Shown here: piece by piece, positions 17,594 through 26,822 of the stretch | Layout: each line of letters begins with the position of its first letter | Numbering within the stretch: position 1 is the stretch's first letter | Assembly (NCBI GenBank): GCA_024614665.1 | Contig: GCA_024614665.1_4861.1 | DNA from: a phage | Length of the DNA: 64,000 bases | Reading direction: 5' to 3' (one strand) | Notes under the pieces: generated by a model | Told to the model about the DNA's origin: nothing | Database searches by the model: none | Seen by the model: the letters and a program-made list of their open reading frames with translations, nothing else | Made by a program: the position numbers and the translations under genes

Positions 17594-18397
17594 TTACGCA
17601 AGGGTGTAATGATGCGTGATTACACGATACTCCAACCCTTCGATAGAAGGAAGCTCGTGCTCTATCGCAACACCCATGTTGACCTTTTTACCTTTCTGTC
17701 CCGCCAAATGCAAAATAGCGTGGTAGTGTTTTAGAAACTCTACCGAGTAAGCAACCGGGTCAAAAGTTTGGCAGCAGAATTGCTCAGTAATGATACTCTT
17801 CGGGAATTCCTTATAAAGCATTAATGAGAACGGTTTCTGGCCGTGCAGCCCCACAAACGCAGAGACAAAACCATTTGCTAACTCGCCCAACATCTCTCGC
17901 GTTCCTGCGTCTTTTAGCGTAGGTCGCATCAGATAGCAAATATCTTGGGTTTGTTCTAATGACAATGTCTCCAACGGGACAACTGATGGGTCTGACGTAA
18001 AACCGTATTTCGGACTAACAGTAATCTCCACACGTTTCGTTACAGCTTCGAACCCCAGACGCTGGTATAGTGCTGCGTGTTCGGTGTCGTGCGGGAAACA
18101 GGTAATATCAAGCATCTGCACTTCCAGGAGTCGCGTTAAACGCTTCCACTCGTGGAACAGGGGCTCGGAGAGCACGTGCAGCTCGTAGATGTAGTAAACA
18201 ATACCTGAACGACATCCACGAAAATACATTTGCGCACGACCGCTATTGCTCAACACTAACCAATGATCGTCTTCTTGGTCTGCGACGGGTCGCAAATCTT
18301 GAATCCGTTCGCGGAGTTGCCCCAAGGTGGTCAATCGACCACTAAACTCTACGGTCAGGTCATTTTTGTCCATACCGTATAGATTAAATAGTTGCAT
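17594..18397 (-). CDS. hypothetical protein, 267 aa; weak GNAT-like C-terminal motif
   Basis: ORF track; HAALYQRLGFEAV resembles a GNAT motif but the match is weak. Confidence 0.5.
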   Translation of the reverse strand: MQLFNLYGMDKNDLTVEFSGRLTTLGQLRERIQDLRPVADQEDDHWLVLSNSGRAQMYFRGCRSGIVYYIYELHVLSEPLFHEWKRLTRLLEVQMLDITCFPHDTEHAALYQRLGFEAVTKRVEITVSPKYGFTSDPSVVPLETLSLEQTQDICYLMRPTLKDAGTREMLGELANGFVSAFVGLHGQKPFSLMLYKEFPKSIITEQFCCQTFDPVAYSVEFLKHYHAILHLAGQKGKKVNMGVAIEHELPSIEGLEYRVITHHYTLA

Positions 18398-18406
18398 GTT
18401 GGTACC

Positions 18407-19225
18407 TTATAGGGTGCCGATTAGCTCTGTCACCGCTTTACGCTTATTCGCATCCGCAGACATATATCGACCTACCTGAACTTCGCGCCAAGTAAAGCCG
18501 TAATAAATATCGCGTGTGAGTAACGTATCTGCGTTTGACAGAACGACCTTATTGCCATCGGCAGCTTGTTGTTTTAAAAGTTTCGCTAACTCGCGGTGGT
18601 CAGCTTGTGAAAATTCTTTGCTGTGATACTGCGCGTGTTTAGCCGTATCCGAAAGTGGGATGTAAGGCGGGTCAGCGTATATCACAGCGTTAGATGGGCA
18701 CTTATTTAGGATGTCGCGGAAGTCCGCGCAGAGTAGTTCGACGTTGGTTTCCGAACAACGTTTTGCCCACGCCAGAATTTCCTCTTCAGGGAAATAGACA
18801 CCGTTCGGATGTTGACCATAGGGCACGTTAAACCCACCCGACTGATTGTATCTGCACAAACCATTGTAACCATGACGTGTAAGATACAGGAACATCGCGG
18901 CGCGCTGGAGATTAGGTTTCCCCGTGGTTGCTTCGCTGTTAAATCCCTCGCGTCGTTCCATGTAGAGACCGCGGTCCGTCCCATTTGCAAAGAGCGCCTT
19001 TGCTTCCAGAATCAGCGCTTCCGGACGATCGCGCGCCATGGTCAGTAACTCGATTAAGTCCGGGTTCGTGTCGCCGAGAATATAGTTCGGGTATTTAGTG
19101 TTTAAAAACACTGACCCTGCACCCACAAACGGTTCAACGAAATACTCAGCATCTGGAAGCACCTGTAGCAGCTCGGGAAGTACGCGACTCTTACCACCCA
19201 TCCATTTTAAAATTGGTCTTATCAC
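18407..19225 (-). CDS. dam: DNA N6-adenine methyltransferase, Dam family
   Basis: N-terminal KWMGGKSRVL and FVEPFVGAGSV (SAM-binding) plus DPPY catalytic motif. Confidence 0.85.
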   Translation of the reverse strand: MIRPILKWMGGKSRVLPELLQVLPDAEYFVEPFVGAGSVFLNTKYPNYILGDTNPDLIELLTMARDRPEALILEAKALFANGTDRGLYMERREGFNSEATTGKPNLQRAAMFLYLTRHGYNGLCRYNQSGGFNVPYGQHPNGVYFPEEEILAWAKRCSETNVELLCADFRDILNKCPSNAVIYADPPYIPLSDTAKHAQYHSKEFSQADHRELAKLLKQQAADGNKVVLSNADTLLTRDIYYGFTWREVQVGRYMSADANKRKAVTELIGTL

Positions 19226-19231
19226 CCGTTA

Positions 19232-20230
19232 TCATCCTCTCATGCCAGATTGAAACATATCACTAATAGTCAGCCTGGTTGTAGTCTCCACCGGAATGCT
19301 AGGTTCTTCTTTCAGCACACGATCGGCGCGGTTCCCATTCACCCGTTTCCAGCTAATAAGTTCAGGATCGCGTTTCAGCGTTAGTGTACGTAGTACCTGC
19401 TTGCAACGTAAGATGTTGCCATACAGGTGATTTGCTGGATCATTATCAGCAGCTGTTTCAATATAGACTTGGTCGGAATGACGTTGTGCGAAATCGAACA
19501 GCGCGCCCATTAGCCGGCGGCCAATGCCACGTTTACGGTGCGTGGGTGCAACGGTTAAACCAGAAAGTTCAACGACGCCTGGTGTAACCAAGCGCATCTG
19601 GGCAATACCGACGATATCATGACCGTCTCGCCAAATTGCAGTCTCCACATTAGCGTGCTGAATTCTTGCTATTACTGTTTCTGCTAACGGACCAATGTGT
19701 GTATAGTAGCCACGCATATCGTATTCTAGCTCTTCGCAAATTGCACCGCTAATCAAATTCAGGATAACGTCTTTATCATCCTTGGTAAGTTCTGCGTATG
19801 CATCACCAGAAATAATCTTGATTTCCGGTGCGGTTATTACTTTGTCAAACAGTTTGGAATGACATGCCCAAACGATATCTGAAAGAACAAACCCTTTTTC
19901 GACCAGTTTTTGTTCAACATCGTCAGTAGGTGCTGGACACGACATATATTCGAATCCGGTATGGTCGAGCACAAGGGCCAAACCAACTTTATCGAACGCC
20001 CCAGGTACAAACTCCTCAAAATAGTGACAGGTTAGTGTAGGGTCACCGTGTCGATAGGTGGCCACTAAATAACCCTCCCAGGTTTCTTTATTCTTCACCA
20101 CGTAAACAGAATAAGTCTCGTCCTTTAGAAACTCTTTTAGGCGGCGTGCTCGTACAGTATCGGTACCGACGTTATTTCGGAACTCGGCAGTGCGGATGCT
20201 GGTGCGAAACAATTTAGCCACAGTTTTCAT
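19232..20230 (-). CDS. protein with C-terminal GNAT N-acetyltransferase domain, about 333 aa
   Basis: GNAT motif A in RKRGIGRRLMGALFDFA; ATG at 20228-20230. Confidence 0.65.
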   Translation of the reverse strand: MKTVAKLFRTSIRTAEFRNNVGTDTVRARRLKEFLKDETYSVYVVKNKETWEGYLVATYRHGDPTLTCHYFEEFVPGAFDKVGLALVLDHTGFEYMSCPAPTDDVEQKLVEKGFVLSDIVWACHSKLFDKVITAPEIKIISGDAYAELTKDDKDVILNLISGAICEELEYDMRGYYTHIGPLAETVIARIQHANVETAIWRDGHDIVGIAQMRLVTPGVVELSGLTVAPTHRKRGIGRRLMGALFDFAQRHSDQVYIETAADNDPANHLYGNILRCKQVLRTLTLKRDPELISWKRVNGNRADRVLKEEPSIPVETTTRLTISDMFQSGMRG

Positions 20231-20292
20231 TGTAATGCCCTCAAAAGGTATTGCTGTCACAACATGAGGATAATGCGTAAAAAGACAAAAAA

Positions 20293-20316
20293 TTAAGGGG
20301 TCCGAAGACCCCTTAA
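20293..20316 (-). terminator. UUCG-loop hairpin terminator
   Basis: TTAAGGGGTC-CGAA-GACCCCTTAA immediately after the stop at 20320. Confidence 0.55.
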
Positions 20317-20319
20317 TGA

Positions 20320-20976
20320 TTACAGTTCCGGTTTGGAGGCAAGCGCCGTCCAAGTTTCGGAATGTTTGACACTGACGTGCGCTAAGCGATTCACCATGAA
20401 CGCAAATTTGTCCATATGTTTCTGCACTTCGTTATCAGTCAGATTGCCAGCGATAACTTTACCGTCTTTGGTCAGCACGATATAGCCGTGGTTGTTGTCT
20501 ACCGTAGTGAACGCCACATCAATCGTAACCGGGTACAGTTTCACCAGCGTCGGCAGAATATGACCAACACGATCGGCCATACCCGCAAGCTGGCCACAAA
20601 GGTCGGCTTTATCCTGCATGAACAAACGCAACATCGCTACTGCAAACACCGGATAGATGTTTTCGATTTGCGTGTCGTAACGAGACAGACCGATAACTTC
20701 ATCACCGCGGGTCAGCACCATGTTGTTCAGATGTGCGCCTTTATAGATGGTAAAGCGTACGTCGCTACCAAGGTTAACCGCAACGATTTCCTGACCAAGG
20801 TCAATCGGATATTCGCGCTCGATGTGAATTGTTTTCAGACGTTCACTGATTGGTACAATTACATCCGGCTTCGGAATGCTAGATGTATGCGTGGATTCAG
20901 TGGTACGCGTTTTTGTGGATTTAACCACGCTGCTTGCCGTTGAATCTTTTGCTACAGTTTTAGGGGCCTTCGCCAT
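20320..20976 (-). CDS. hypothetical protein with Ser/Thr-rich disordered N-terminus, about 218 aa
   Basis: ORF; ATG at 20974-20976 with TAAGGAGTAT SD; hairpin terminator at 20293..20316. Confidence 0.55.
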   Translation of the reverse strand: MAKAPKTVAKDSTASSVVKSTKTRTTESTHTSSIPKPDVIVPISERLKTIHIEREYPIDLGQEIVAVNLGSDVRFTIYKGAHLNNMVLTRGDEVIGLSRYDTQIENIYPVFAVAMLRLFMQDKADLCGQLAGMADRVGHILPTLVKLYPVTIDVAFTTVDNNHGYIVLTKDGKVIAGNLTDNEVQKHMDKFAFMVNRLAHVSVKHSETWTALASKPEL

Positions 20977-20998
20977 GATATACTCCTTATGGGTTATA

Positions 20999-21388
20999 TT
21001 AGTTATCCCAGAAAGCTGCTTCTGGAAAGTCGTGTTCAAATGCCCGACGGTCATTCTCTACACGGTTTAAATGTGTCGGTAAAGACACGCAGTTATTACA
21101 GATACAAAGTTCTTTATCTCCCTGACTGGGGTCAAAGTCGTACCATTTCCACTCAACAGTATCCCGTTTCGGGAAGGTACCTTTGCAATCGTCGCAGACC
21201 ACTTCCTCCGCTGCAATTTCAGCCTGCAGTTTTTCCCAGCAGTTCTCGCACATGTAATACGTTTCGCGGCCCCATGGGTCGCACTCTGCCGTATAACGTG
21301 GAGCTATAGAGCCCACTTTAAGATGTTTGCATCGTTCATCCTCTTCCGTCATCACGCGACGGGTGATACCATTTACAAACCAATTCAT
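20999..21388 (-). CDS. Cys-rich zinc-finger protein, 129 aa
   Basis: Multiple CxxC pairs (CENC, CDDC, CICNNC). Confidence 0.55.
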   Translation of the reverse strand: MNWFVNGITRRVMTEEDERCKHLKVGSIAPRYTAECDPWGRETYYMCENCWEKLQAEIAAEEVVCDDCKGTFPKRDTVEWKWYDFDPSQGDKELCICNNCVSLPTHLNRVENDRRAFEHDFPEAAFWDN

Positions 21389-21399
21389 ACGTTTGCTCC

Positions 21400-21765
21400 C
21401 TACATCACTGCAGAAGGTTTACGTGCCATGACTTTAAGTCCCGTATCTCGTACCCGGATAGGACAATTATTCATGTAATCAATGCAGGATTCTATTTTGA
21501 AGCTGTGTCGACATTTACCGTTGATGGAACGGTAAACGATTTCGTAATTCAGGCGCAGTGTGTCGGCAACACGCATCAGAGTTTCGATAGTTACGGCTTT
21601 CTCACGTTCATTTTTAATCGCAGAGATTTGTGACGGTGAGCAGCCTACTAATAACGCGATGTCTTTCTGCGTAACGTCCTTCGCAGTAACACGCGTAATA
21701 ATGTAAGAAAGACGAACCAAAAACGTTTTCTTTGCCAACACAACGGCTTGATGTTTAAAACGCAT
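21400..21765 (-). CDS. helix-turn-helix DNA-binding protein (XRE-like), 121 aa
   Basis: QKDIALLVGCSPSQISAIKN resembles an HTH; first gene after class-1 promoter and conserved leader. Confidence 0.55.
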   Translation of the reverse strand: MRFKHQAVVLAKKTFLVRLSYIITRVTAKDVTQKDIALLVGCSPSQISAIKNEREKAVTIETLMRVADTLRLNYEIVYRSINGKCRHSFKIESCIDYMNNCPIRVRDTGLKVMARKPSAVM

Positions 21766-21814
21766 TAGAATACTCCTTTAGATTAATAGTCGATTAGAGA
21801 GTTTAACGACAACT

Positions 21815-21840
21815 CTCACTAAGGTAATATATATCTGAAA
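21815..21840 (-). promoter_or_regulatory. class-1 promoter-like motif
   Basis: Plus-strand CTCACTAAGGTAATATATATCTGAAA; upstream of HTH gene. Confidence 0.55.
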
Positions 21841-21896
21841 TTTAGTGGACTGGAAGCAAAAAGCATAGGACTGTTCTGATCTGTAAAAAAGACAAT

Positions 21897-21922
21897 ACCC
21901 TCTTACCCGAAGGTAAGAGGGG
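21897..21922 (-). terminator. UUCG-loop hairpin terminator (identical copy at 49098..49123)
   Basis: CCCTCTTACC-CGAA-GGTAAGAGGG downstream of tmk. Confidence 0.6.
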
Positions 21923-21927
21923 TACAA

Positions 21928-22551
21928 CTAACCTGCCAGAATACGTTCAACGATACGCGCGGCTTGTAACGCTATATCGTCGTCAGCCGTAACGCGCATC
22001 AGCGGGAACTTATCGCCGCCATCTGTGGTGATGTGGAAAGCAAAACGGTAGTGGTCGCGTAACGCGTCCCAATCAGTCTGTGAGCGCAGATACTTCGCTG
22101 TCAGTACCTCATCATCCCAGTTCTTGCCCTGGGCTTCTGCGCGCTTCTTAAAGCGTTCTGTGGCGGTTTCGTAGGATACATCGGTTGCCACGTAAAGTTT
22201 CGGTGTGTTAATGTGGTCTAATACCCGTGAACGGAAAACTTCCCCTTTACCATCGACGCCTTGGTAGACAATAGTCGATTGACAAAAACGGTCAAAAATA
22301 ACGACATCGTGCTCTGGCACAACGAAATCCATCGTGTATTGGAAATCCAGACACATCGCTTTAGCAATGCGTTCGTTAGAAGCGTGCTGGATAACCAGAG
22401 AACGTGCACTAATACCGGCTTCAGTGGTATTCGTCGGGTGATTGACGATGATGACATTAACGCCAGCGGAGCGCAACATCGCTTGAATCATTTTCGCGAG
22501 TGTTGATTTGCCAGAAAAGTCCGGACCATCCAGCGCCACTGAGTTTAACAT
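21928..22551 (-). CDS. tmk: thymidylate kinase (dTMP kinase)
   Basis: P-loop LDGPDFSGKST near N-terminus and DRFCQSTIVYQG matching the Tmk DRxxxSTxAYQG motif; ATG at 22549-22551. Confidence 0.75.
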   Translation of the reverse strand: MLNSVALDGPDFSGKSTLAKMIQAMLRSAGVNVIIVNHPTNTTEAGISARSLVIQHASNERIAKAMCLDFQYTMDFVVPEHDVVIFDRFCQSTIVYQGVDGKGEVFRSRVLDHINTPKLYVATDVSYETATERFKKRAEAQGKNWDDEVLTAKYLRSQTDWDALRDHYRFAFHITTDGGDKFPLMRVTADDDIALQAARIVERILAG

Positions 22552-22627
22552 TTTATTCTTCCCCAAAAGTTTAATTAATTGTAGTGGTGTCACAATATAG
22601 CGACCATACGTAAAGAAAAAAATAATG

Positions 22628-22648
22628 GGCACTCCGAAGAGCGCCCAA
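22628..22648 (-). terminator. UUCG-loop hairpin
   Basis: GGGCACTC-CGAA-GAGCGCCC (imperfect stem) downstream of 22654..23268. Confidence 0.4.
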
Positions 22649-22653
22649 TAAAC

Positions 22654-23268
22654 TCACTTCACAAGCAGTATCTGCTTGCCAGCGATCCGTACCTCATCCC
22701 AGTTTAGATGTCTTGCAGCTGCACTAACTAAATCAACGCAGTTTGCCTCAGCAATCCAATCTTGACAAACACTCCGAATGAATTCAGGCTGCAGTAGAGC
22801 CATTGGCGTTGACTCTGAATAATCCTCTGGGGAGGGAATACGTGCAAAGTCCACCATCTGCTCCAGTTTACGAAGTTGTGTATGGAAGCGATAATAAAGA
22901 GTTTCTGTATGGCTTTCGCCGTTCTCTTCAACGAGAGTAATATTGATTGCGATACCAGTACGAGTATAGTCGTTTTTATCAACTTTGTACGTGGATGCGC
23001 TTAAGTTATAACCAAAGAACTTTATACCTACCTCGGCGTCAAACTCATCGTTGAGAATTTCGGTATACATATTGCTCAATTCGTGGGTACACGGACGAAC
23101 GTCGTAATAGTCGTCGCCTTCGAAAGGTGCGTATTGTGTATCTGGTAGAAGATTATTAAAAATCCAGTTTGGTAAACGTTGACGAAACTCTTCAGCAATC
23201 TTACGACGTTCGTCTGAATCGGTAGTGGTTGAGAGTGCAATGGCCGCGTCTACAATATTAGTAATCAT
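22654..23268 (-). CDS. hypothetical protein, 204 aa
   Basis: ORF downstream of class-1 promoter and conserved leader. Confidence 0.6.
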   Translation of the reverse strand: MITNIVDAAIALSTTTDSDERRKIAEEFRQRLPNWIFNNLLPDTQYAPFEGDDYYDVRPCTHELSNMYTEILNDEFDAEVGIKFFGYNLSASTYKVDKNDYTRTGIAINITLVEENGESHTETLYYRFHTQLRKLEQMVDFARIPSPEDYSESTPMALLQPEFIRSVCQDWIAEANCVDLVSAAARHLNWDEVRIAGKQILLVK

Positions 23269-23309
23269 AGTGAGTTCCTTAATGGTCGATTAAAAGAATA
23301 GGTCGTAGT

Positions 23310-23336
23310 CTCACTAAAGTAATATATATCTGAAAA
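23310..23336 (-). promoter_or_regulatory. class-1 promoter-like motif
   Basis: Plus-strand TCTCACTAAAGTAATATATATCTGAAA; directly after a terminator hairpin. Confidence 0.55.
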
Positions 23337-23348
23337 ATAATAGAGTCG

Positions 23349-23370
23349 ACCCACTCCCGAAGGAGTGGGT
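23349..23370 (-). terminator. UUCG-loop hairpin terminator
   Basis: ACCCACTCC-CGAA-GGAGTGGGT followed directly by a class-1 promoter. Confidence 0.6.
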
Positions 23371-23375
23371 ATAAC

Positions 23376-23972
23376 TCACTGATGATCAACTTTCGGTTCA
23401 GACCACTCGGGGACTGGCGGAAGTTTAATATCAGTTGCGTATTCTGAAGGCACTGCGAGTGTGGTAAAGCCACGACATGCTAAATAATGCTGCATTCGTG
23501 CTGCCTGATTCGGTGTATCGGTGATCACCAAATGGGTCTTACGCATAAGTGCGAGTACCGCCTGTCCTTCTTGCGGCGTAGGTGTACGTGGATGCTTACT
23601 GATAATGCTCATTAACCAGTCACGCGCAATACCACCTACATTACAACTGGCCTCACGCAAATCAACCACACCTTCACCTTCACCCACCACCTGTTTGGTG
23701 GAGTTAGGATAAAAGCGATACGGTGCACGACGACGCTTACGACGTACTTCTGAAATAGCACGTCCAAGTATCATCTGTGCGTGTTTAACACTACAACCGT
23801 CCACCGGTCTACGCATGTTCGTTACTAAACAGGCAATTTCTAACACCTTACCGATTTGATAGCGACGCTTAAAGCCATGACGACTTATGTCTACGTATTC
23901 TGGAAGATTGCCGTTTTTATTGATGTTTGCAACCGTAATCAAAAACAGCGAATCGAGAATCATCTCAGACAT
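23376..23972 (-). CDS. hypothetical protein, about 198 aa
   Basis: ORF; hairpin terminator at 23349..23370. Confidence 0.55.
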   Translation of the reverse strand: MSEMILDSLFLITVANINKNGNLPEYVDISRHGFKRRYQIGKVLEIACLVTNMRRPVDGCSVKHAQMILGRAISEVRRKRRRAPYRFYPNSTKQVVGEGEGVVDLREASCNVGGIARDWLMSIISKHPRTPTPQEGQAVLALMRKTHLVITDTPNQAARMQHYLACRGFTTLAVPSEYATDIKLPPVPEWSEPKVDHQ

Positions 23973-23984
23973 CACAGTTTCCCC

Positions 23985-24356
23985 TTAAAACCCCGCAACG
24001 ACTGCAGACATAAAGTCATGAACGACTTTACGTTGTTCTGCAAGCGGGTAGCCAAATTTAGTAATGTCGTGCATCCACCGAACCCGGTGAGTCCGACCAT
24101 CGTGACTGAATGTGGAGCGCAGTACCAGGAAATAATCCGCACTGACTCGAAAATGTAACGAGCAGCTGCCATGTTTGGCTCGCACGGTCAACTGAATACG
24201 CTTTACACCGCCGCCTAAATACTTAGCGTCGATGTCGACCTGGTCAACCTCCGACACAGCCCGTAAGGCTTGCGCGACGTCTTCCAGGTCCCCGTTCTTG
24301 CTCACATTAGCGCCATGGAGCGCTGCGGTACAGAGTTGAAGCTCTCGATAGAACAT
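23985..24356 (-). CDS. hypothetical protein, 123 aa
   Basis: ORF track; 5' region overlaps the upstream ORF. Confidence 0.45.
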   Translation of the reverse strand: MFYRELQLCTAALHGANVSKNGDLEDVAQALRAVSEVDQVDIDAKYLGGGVKRIQLTVRAKHGSCSLHFRVSADYFLVLRSTFSHDGRTHRVRWMHDITKFGYPLAEQRKVVHDFMSAVVAGF

Positions 24357-24910
24357 CCTTCTAGTCTCCTGTCCCTCCCATAGTTCAAGGGATTTTTATA
24401 ATACCAATCTTCATGCACAGGAGTCACGCGGATATACCGGCTGTAAAACAACAAGTATTTGTAAAAGGTATCAATACTGACGTCTTTGTCCACTGATAAG
24501 AGGTAGTTTAAAGACGGGTCGTCTGGGAACGACACAAAGATACCGGTGAAGTGCGCATCGGCGTAGGGACCATTAAACGGTGTCACTTCACACTTCAGGC
24601 AAGGTAAGCCAACCTGAAACGCGTTCTGTCCTGTCCAGTAGATTCCACGAGTGGTTGCATCGCGTGTTTTCCCATCGGGACGACAAACAATCCCTGCCAT
24701 AAAACTGGAGCGTTGACTTGGGTCAGCCGCGTTTAAGAACCGGATTATTCTGTCTACTGAAAAATATTTTAACGTGCCGGGTGGTATTTGCCAGAACTGT
24801 CCCATCGCACGTACCACCTTCCAACCAGGGCGATTTCTTGCCCCAAAACGCTTTACACAAAAAGTATATCGCGAGCCAGTCTGATGCGGCACGCTGCGGA
24901 CAGCTACCAT
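24302..24910 (-). CDS. hypothetical protein, 202 aa
   Basis: ORF track; abuts stop of the GNAT gene. Confidence 0.5.
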   Translation of the reverse strand: MVAVRSVPHQTGSRYTFCVKRFGARNRPGWKVVRAMGQFWQIPPGTLKYFSVDRIIRFLNAADPSQRSSFMAGIVCRPDGKTRDATTRGIYWTGQNAFQVGLPCLKCEVTPFNGPYADAHFTGIFVSFPDDPSLNYLLSVDKDVSIDTFYKYLLFYSRYIRVTPVHEDWYYKNPLNYGRDRRLEGCSIESFNSVPQRSMALM

Positions 24911-24911
24911 G

Positions 24912-25379
24912 TTAAAGCTCCTTTACCATATCCTGGTATTCAGTTCGAAAACCGAAACGTTCATAAAACGCAATAGCACGGTCGTTATTACCGAGCACGT
25001 TAAGCTGCATCCATGCGCAGCCTTTTGATTTGCCGTAATTTTCTACGGCTTCAATTAACTCATGACCGACGCCTTGAGAGCGAACTGATTCATCTACAAA
25101 GAAGTTATATACCCAGAGGAAACGTTGTCCCTTTTTGGTGTAGCCAAAGGTGATGAAACCAACAGCCACACCACGGTCATCAACGGCGCAAGCGCACAGC
25201 GTACCTTCACCCCAAACCTCCTCCAGTTTTGAGATTTGATTAAACCCTTCACGACCGTTTAAGTCGGCAAGTTTTATTTTCTGATCGTCGTATAACTTGT
25301 TGTGTAGTCCTAACAAGTCCGCGTAGTATTTCTTTCCATACGGAGAGTTGGGCTTGGTGACAAAAACAATTTTCATCAT
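24912..25379 (-). CDS. GNAT family N-acetyltransferase, 155 aa
   Basis: VDESVRSQGVGHELIEAV (motif A) and AIAFYERFGF (motif B). Confidence 0.75.
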   Translation of the reverse strand: MMKIVFVTKPNSPYGKKYYADLLGLHNKLYDDQKIKLADLNGREGFNQISKLEEVWGEGTLCACAVDDRGVAVGFITFGYTKKGQRFLWVYNFFVDESVRSQGVGHELIEAVENYGKSKGCAWMQLNVLGNNDRAIAFYERFGFRTEYQDMVKEL

Positions 25380-26509
25380 TTCACCTCAGCCAACGACTGT
25401 TTTGTCCATTCCATTAGACCCTCCGCCACACGTACCAATGCTGTGGTAAATGCGTCTTCCATCGCCATTGCATTGCGGTAGCGCAAAGTGGCTTCTTTCA
25501 GCTCATCCCCTTCCAGGTTCTTAAGCTCGGACTTCATCGCTTCCACTTCTTCGTAGATACCAGTGTAGCCTACAACACGGTTCTTTGTTCCGCGCGCAGC
25601 AATAGATTTGATAAGTGCTTCCACAGCCTCTATTGCTTTCCCACACTGATGCATATCCAGCGATTTAATGGTTTCACCATAATCGCCATCACGCGCAATT
25701 GCCCAACTGATCTTACCATTATGGTGCTCAACCACAACGATATTTCCAGGAACAGGAAAAGCTTCCACCTTTTTAAAGGGATCGATGATGCCAAGCAGTC
25801 CAGCGGCACGCTTAACTGCCCAGTTTGTGGACTTGCTGATTTGTTTTAAGCCCGGCCCTTCGAATGCTTTGCTTTTCTTCAGAGCAGTGCGTGTGTAAAC
25901 CGTGTACTTTTGCACGACGCCTTCGTACGCATTTGTTTGTTTAGAGAACTGAACACACGCTTCAAAATCGGGTCTATCTTCAAAACAAATTTTAGACGTC
26001 CAGCTGCTCGTGTGAACGTCAACTGCAGCGAGTGTTTTGTGGTCATCTAGCAGCGACATTCGCGTTTTAAGCTTATTGAGCTTACGTTCCATGAAAGCAG
26101 CTTTCGAAGTTATTTCTTTCAAATGGTCGGCTTGTTCTTTCGCTAGCGCTTCCGCGAAATCGTAAAAGCGTAATGCGAGCTTTTTCGAAAGTTTACCCGC
26201 GCCCTTTGCGGTTGCACCTAGTCCAGCACCCACTAGCTTTCCAGCGCCTTTAACAGCTTTCGCAGTAATGCGCCCTGCTGCGCGATGGATGCCAGCCCGC
26301 GGGTCGGTATCAGTCATAAACTGAGCACGCTCCATCGCTTCACGCGATTCACGAGCAACCAACATATCTTCACCGTCGTCGGTTAAGCACCAACGCTGAC
26401 GAATCGCGCAAACCGCAGGGAAGTCGGGCTTAACTCCCAGACCTTCGAGTGCGACCAGGCGATCGTAGTCGTCAGTCAGGACTTCTAAATCTAAATCGAG
26501 CGTCGACAT
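25376..26509 (-). CDS. hypothetical protein, 377 aa
   Basis: ORF track; ATGA overlap with the GNAT gene. Confidence 0.55.
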   Translation of the reverse strand: MSTLDLDLEVLTDDYDRLVALEGLGVKPDFPAVCAIRQRWCLTDDGEDMLVARESREAMERAQFMTDTDPRAGIHRAAGRITAKAVKGAGKLVGAGLGATAKGAGKLSKKLALRFYDFAEALAKEQADHLKEITSKAAFMERKLNKLKTRMSLLDDHKTLAAVDVHTSSWTSKICFEDRPDFEACVQFSKQTNAYEGVVQKYTVYTRTALKKSKAFEGPGLKQISKSTNWAVKRAAGLLGIIDPFKKVEAFPVPGNIVVVEHHNGKISWAIARDGDYGETIKSLDMHQCGKAIEAVEALIKSIAARGTKNRVVGYTGIYEEVEAMKSELKNLEGDELKEATLRYRNAMAMEDAFTTALVRVAEGLMEWTKQSLAEVK

Positions 26510-26519
26510 CCCCTGCTCC

Positions 26520-26792
26520 TTATATCTGCGTCAAAGTATAGTAATAGTTGCGATGTGGCCAGCGAACACACAAGGCAAATATCTCTCCCGTATCCGGTGT
26601 GGTGTAGACCGTCTGAATTGGGTCATTTTCTTGTGGCGCGACTTTCGAATCAAAACCGTGACGTTCCAGGTAATCGAAAAACTCATCTTCGGTGCCTGGG
26701 AACAGACGAAGGCTGGTCACCTTCTTAATGGGTTTTGACGGCGTAGGGAAGAGCGCTTCCCACAAACGACGTGCTAAACTGGTAGTTTGCAT
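26520..26792 (-). CDS. hypothetical protein, 90 aa
   Basis: ORF track. Confidence 0.45.
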   Translation of the reverse strand: MQTTSLARRLWEALFPTPSKPIKKVTSLRLFPGTEDEFFDYLERHGFDSKVAPQENDPIQTVYTTPDTGEIFALCVRWPHRNYYYTLTQI

Positions 26793-26822
26793 AATAGCGA
26801 CCTCTGATTAAAGGCAACGTGG

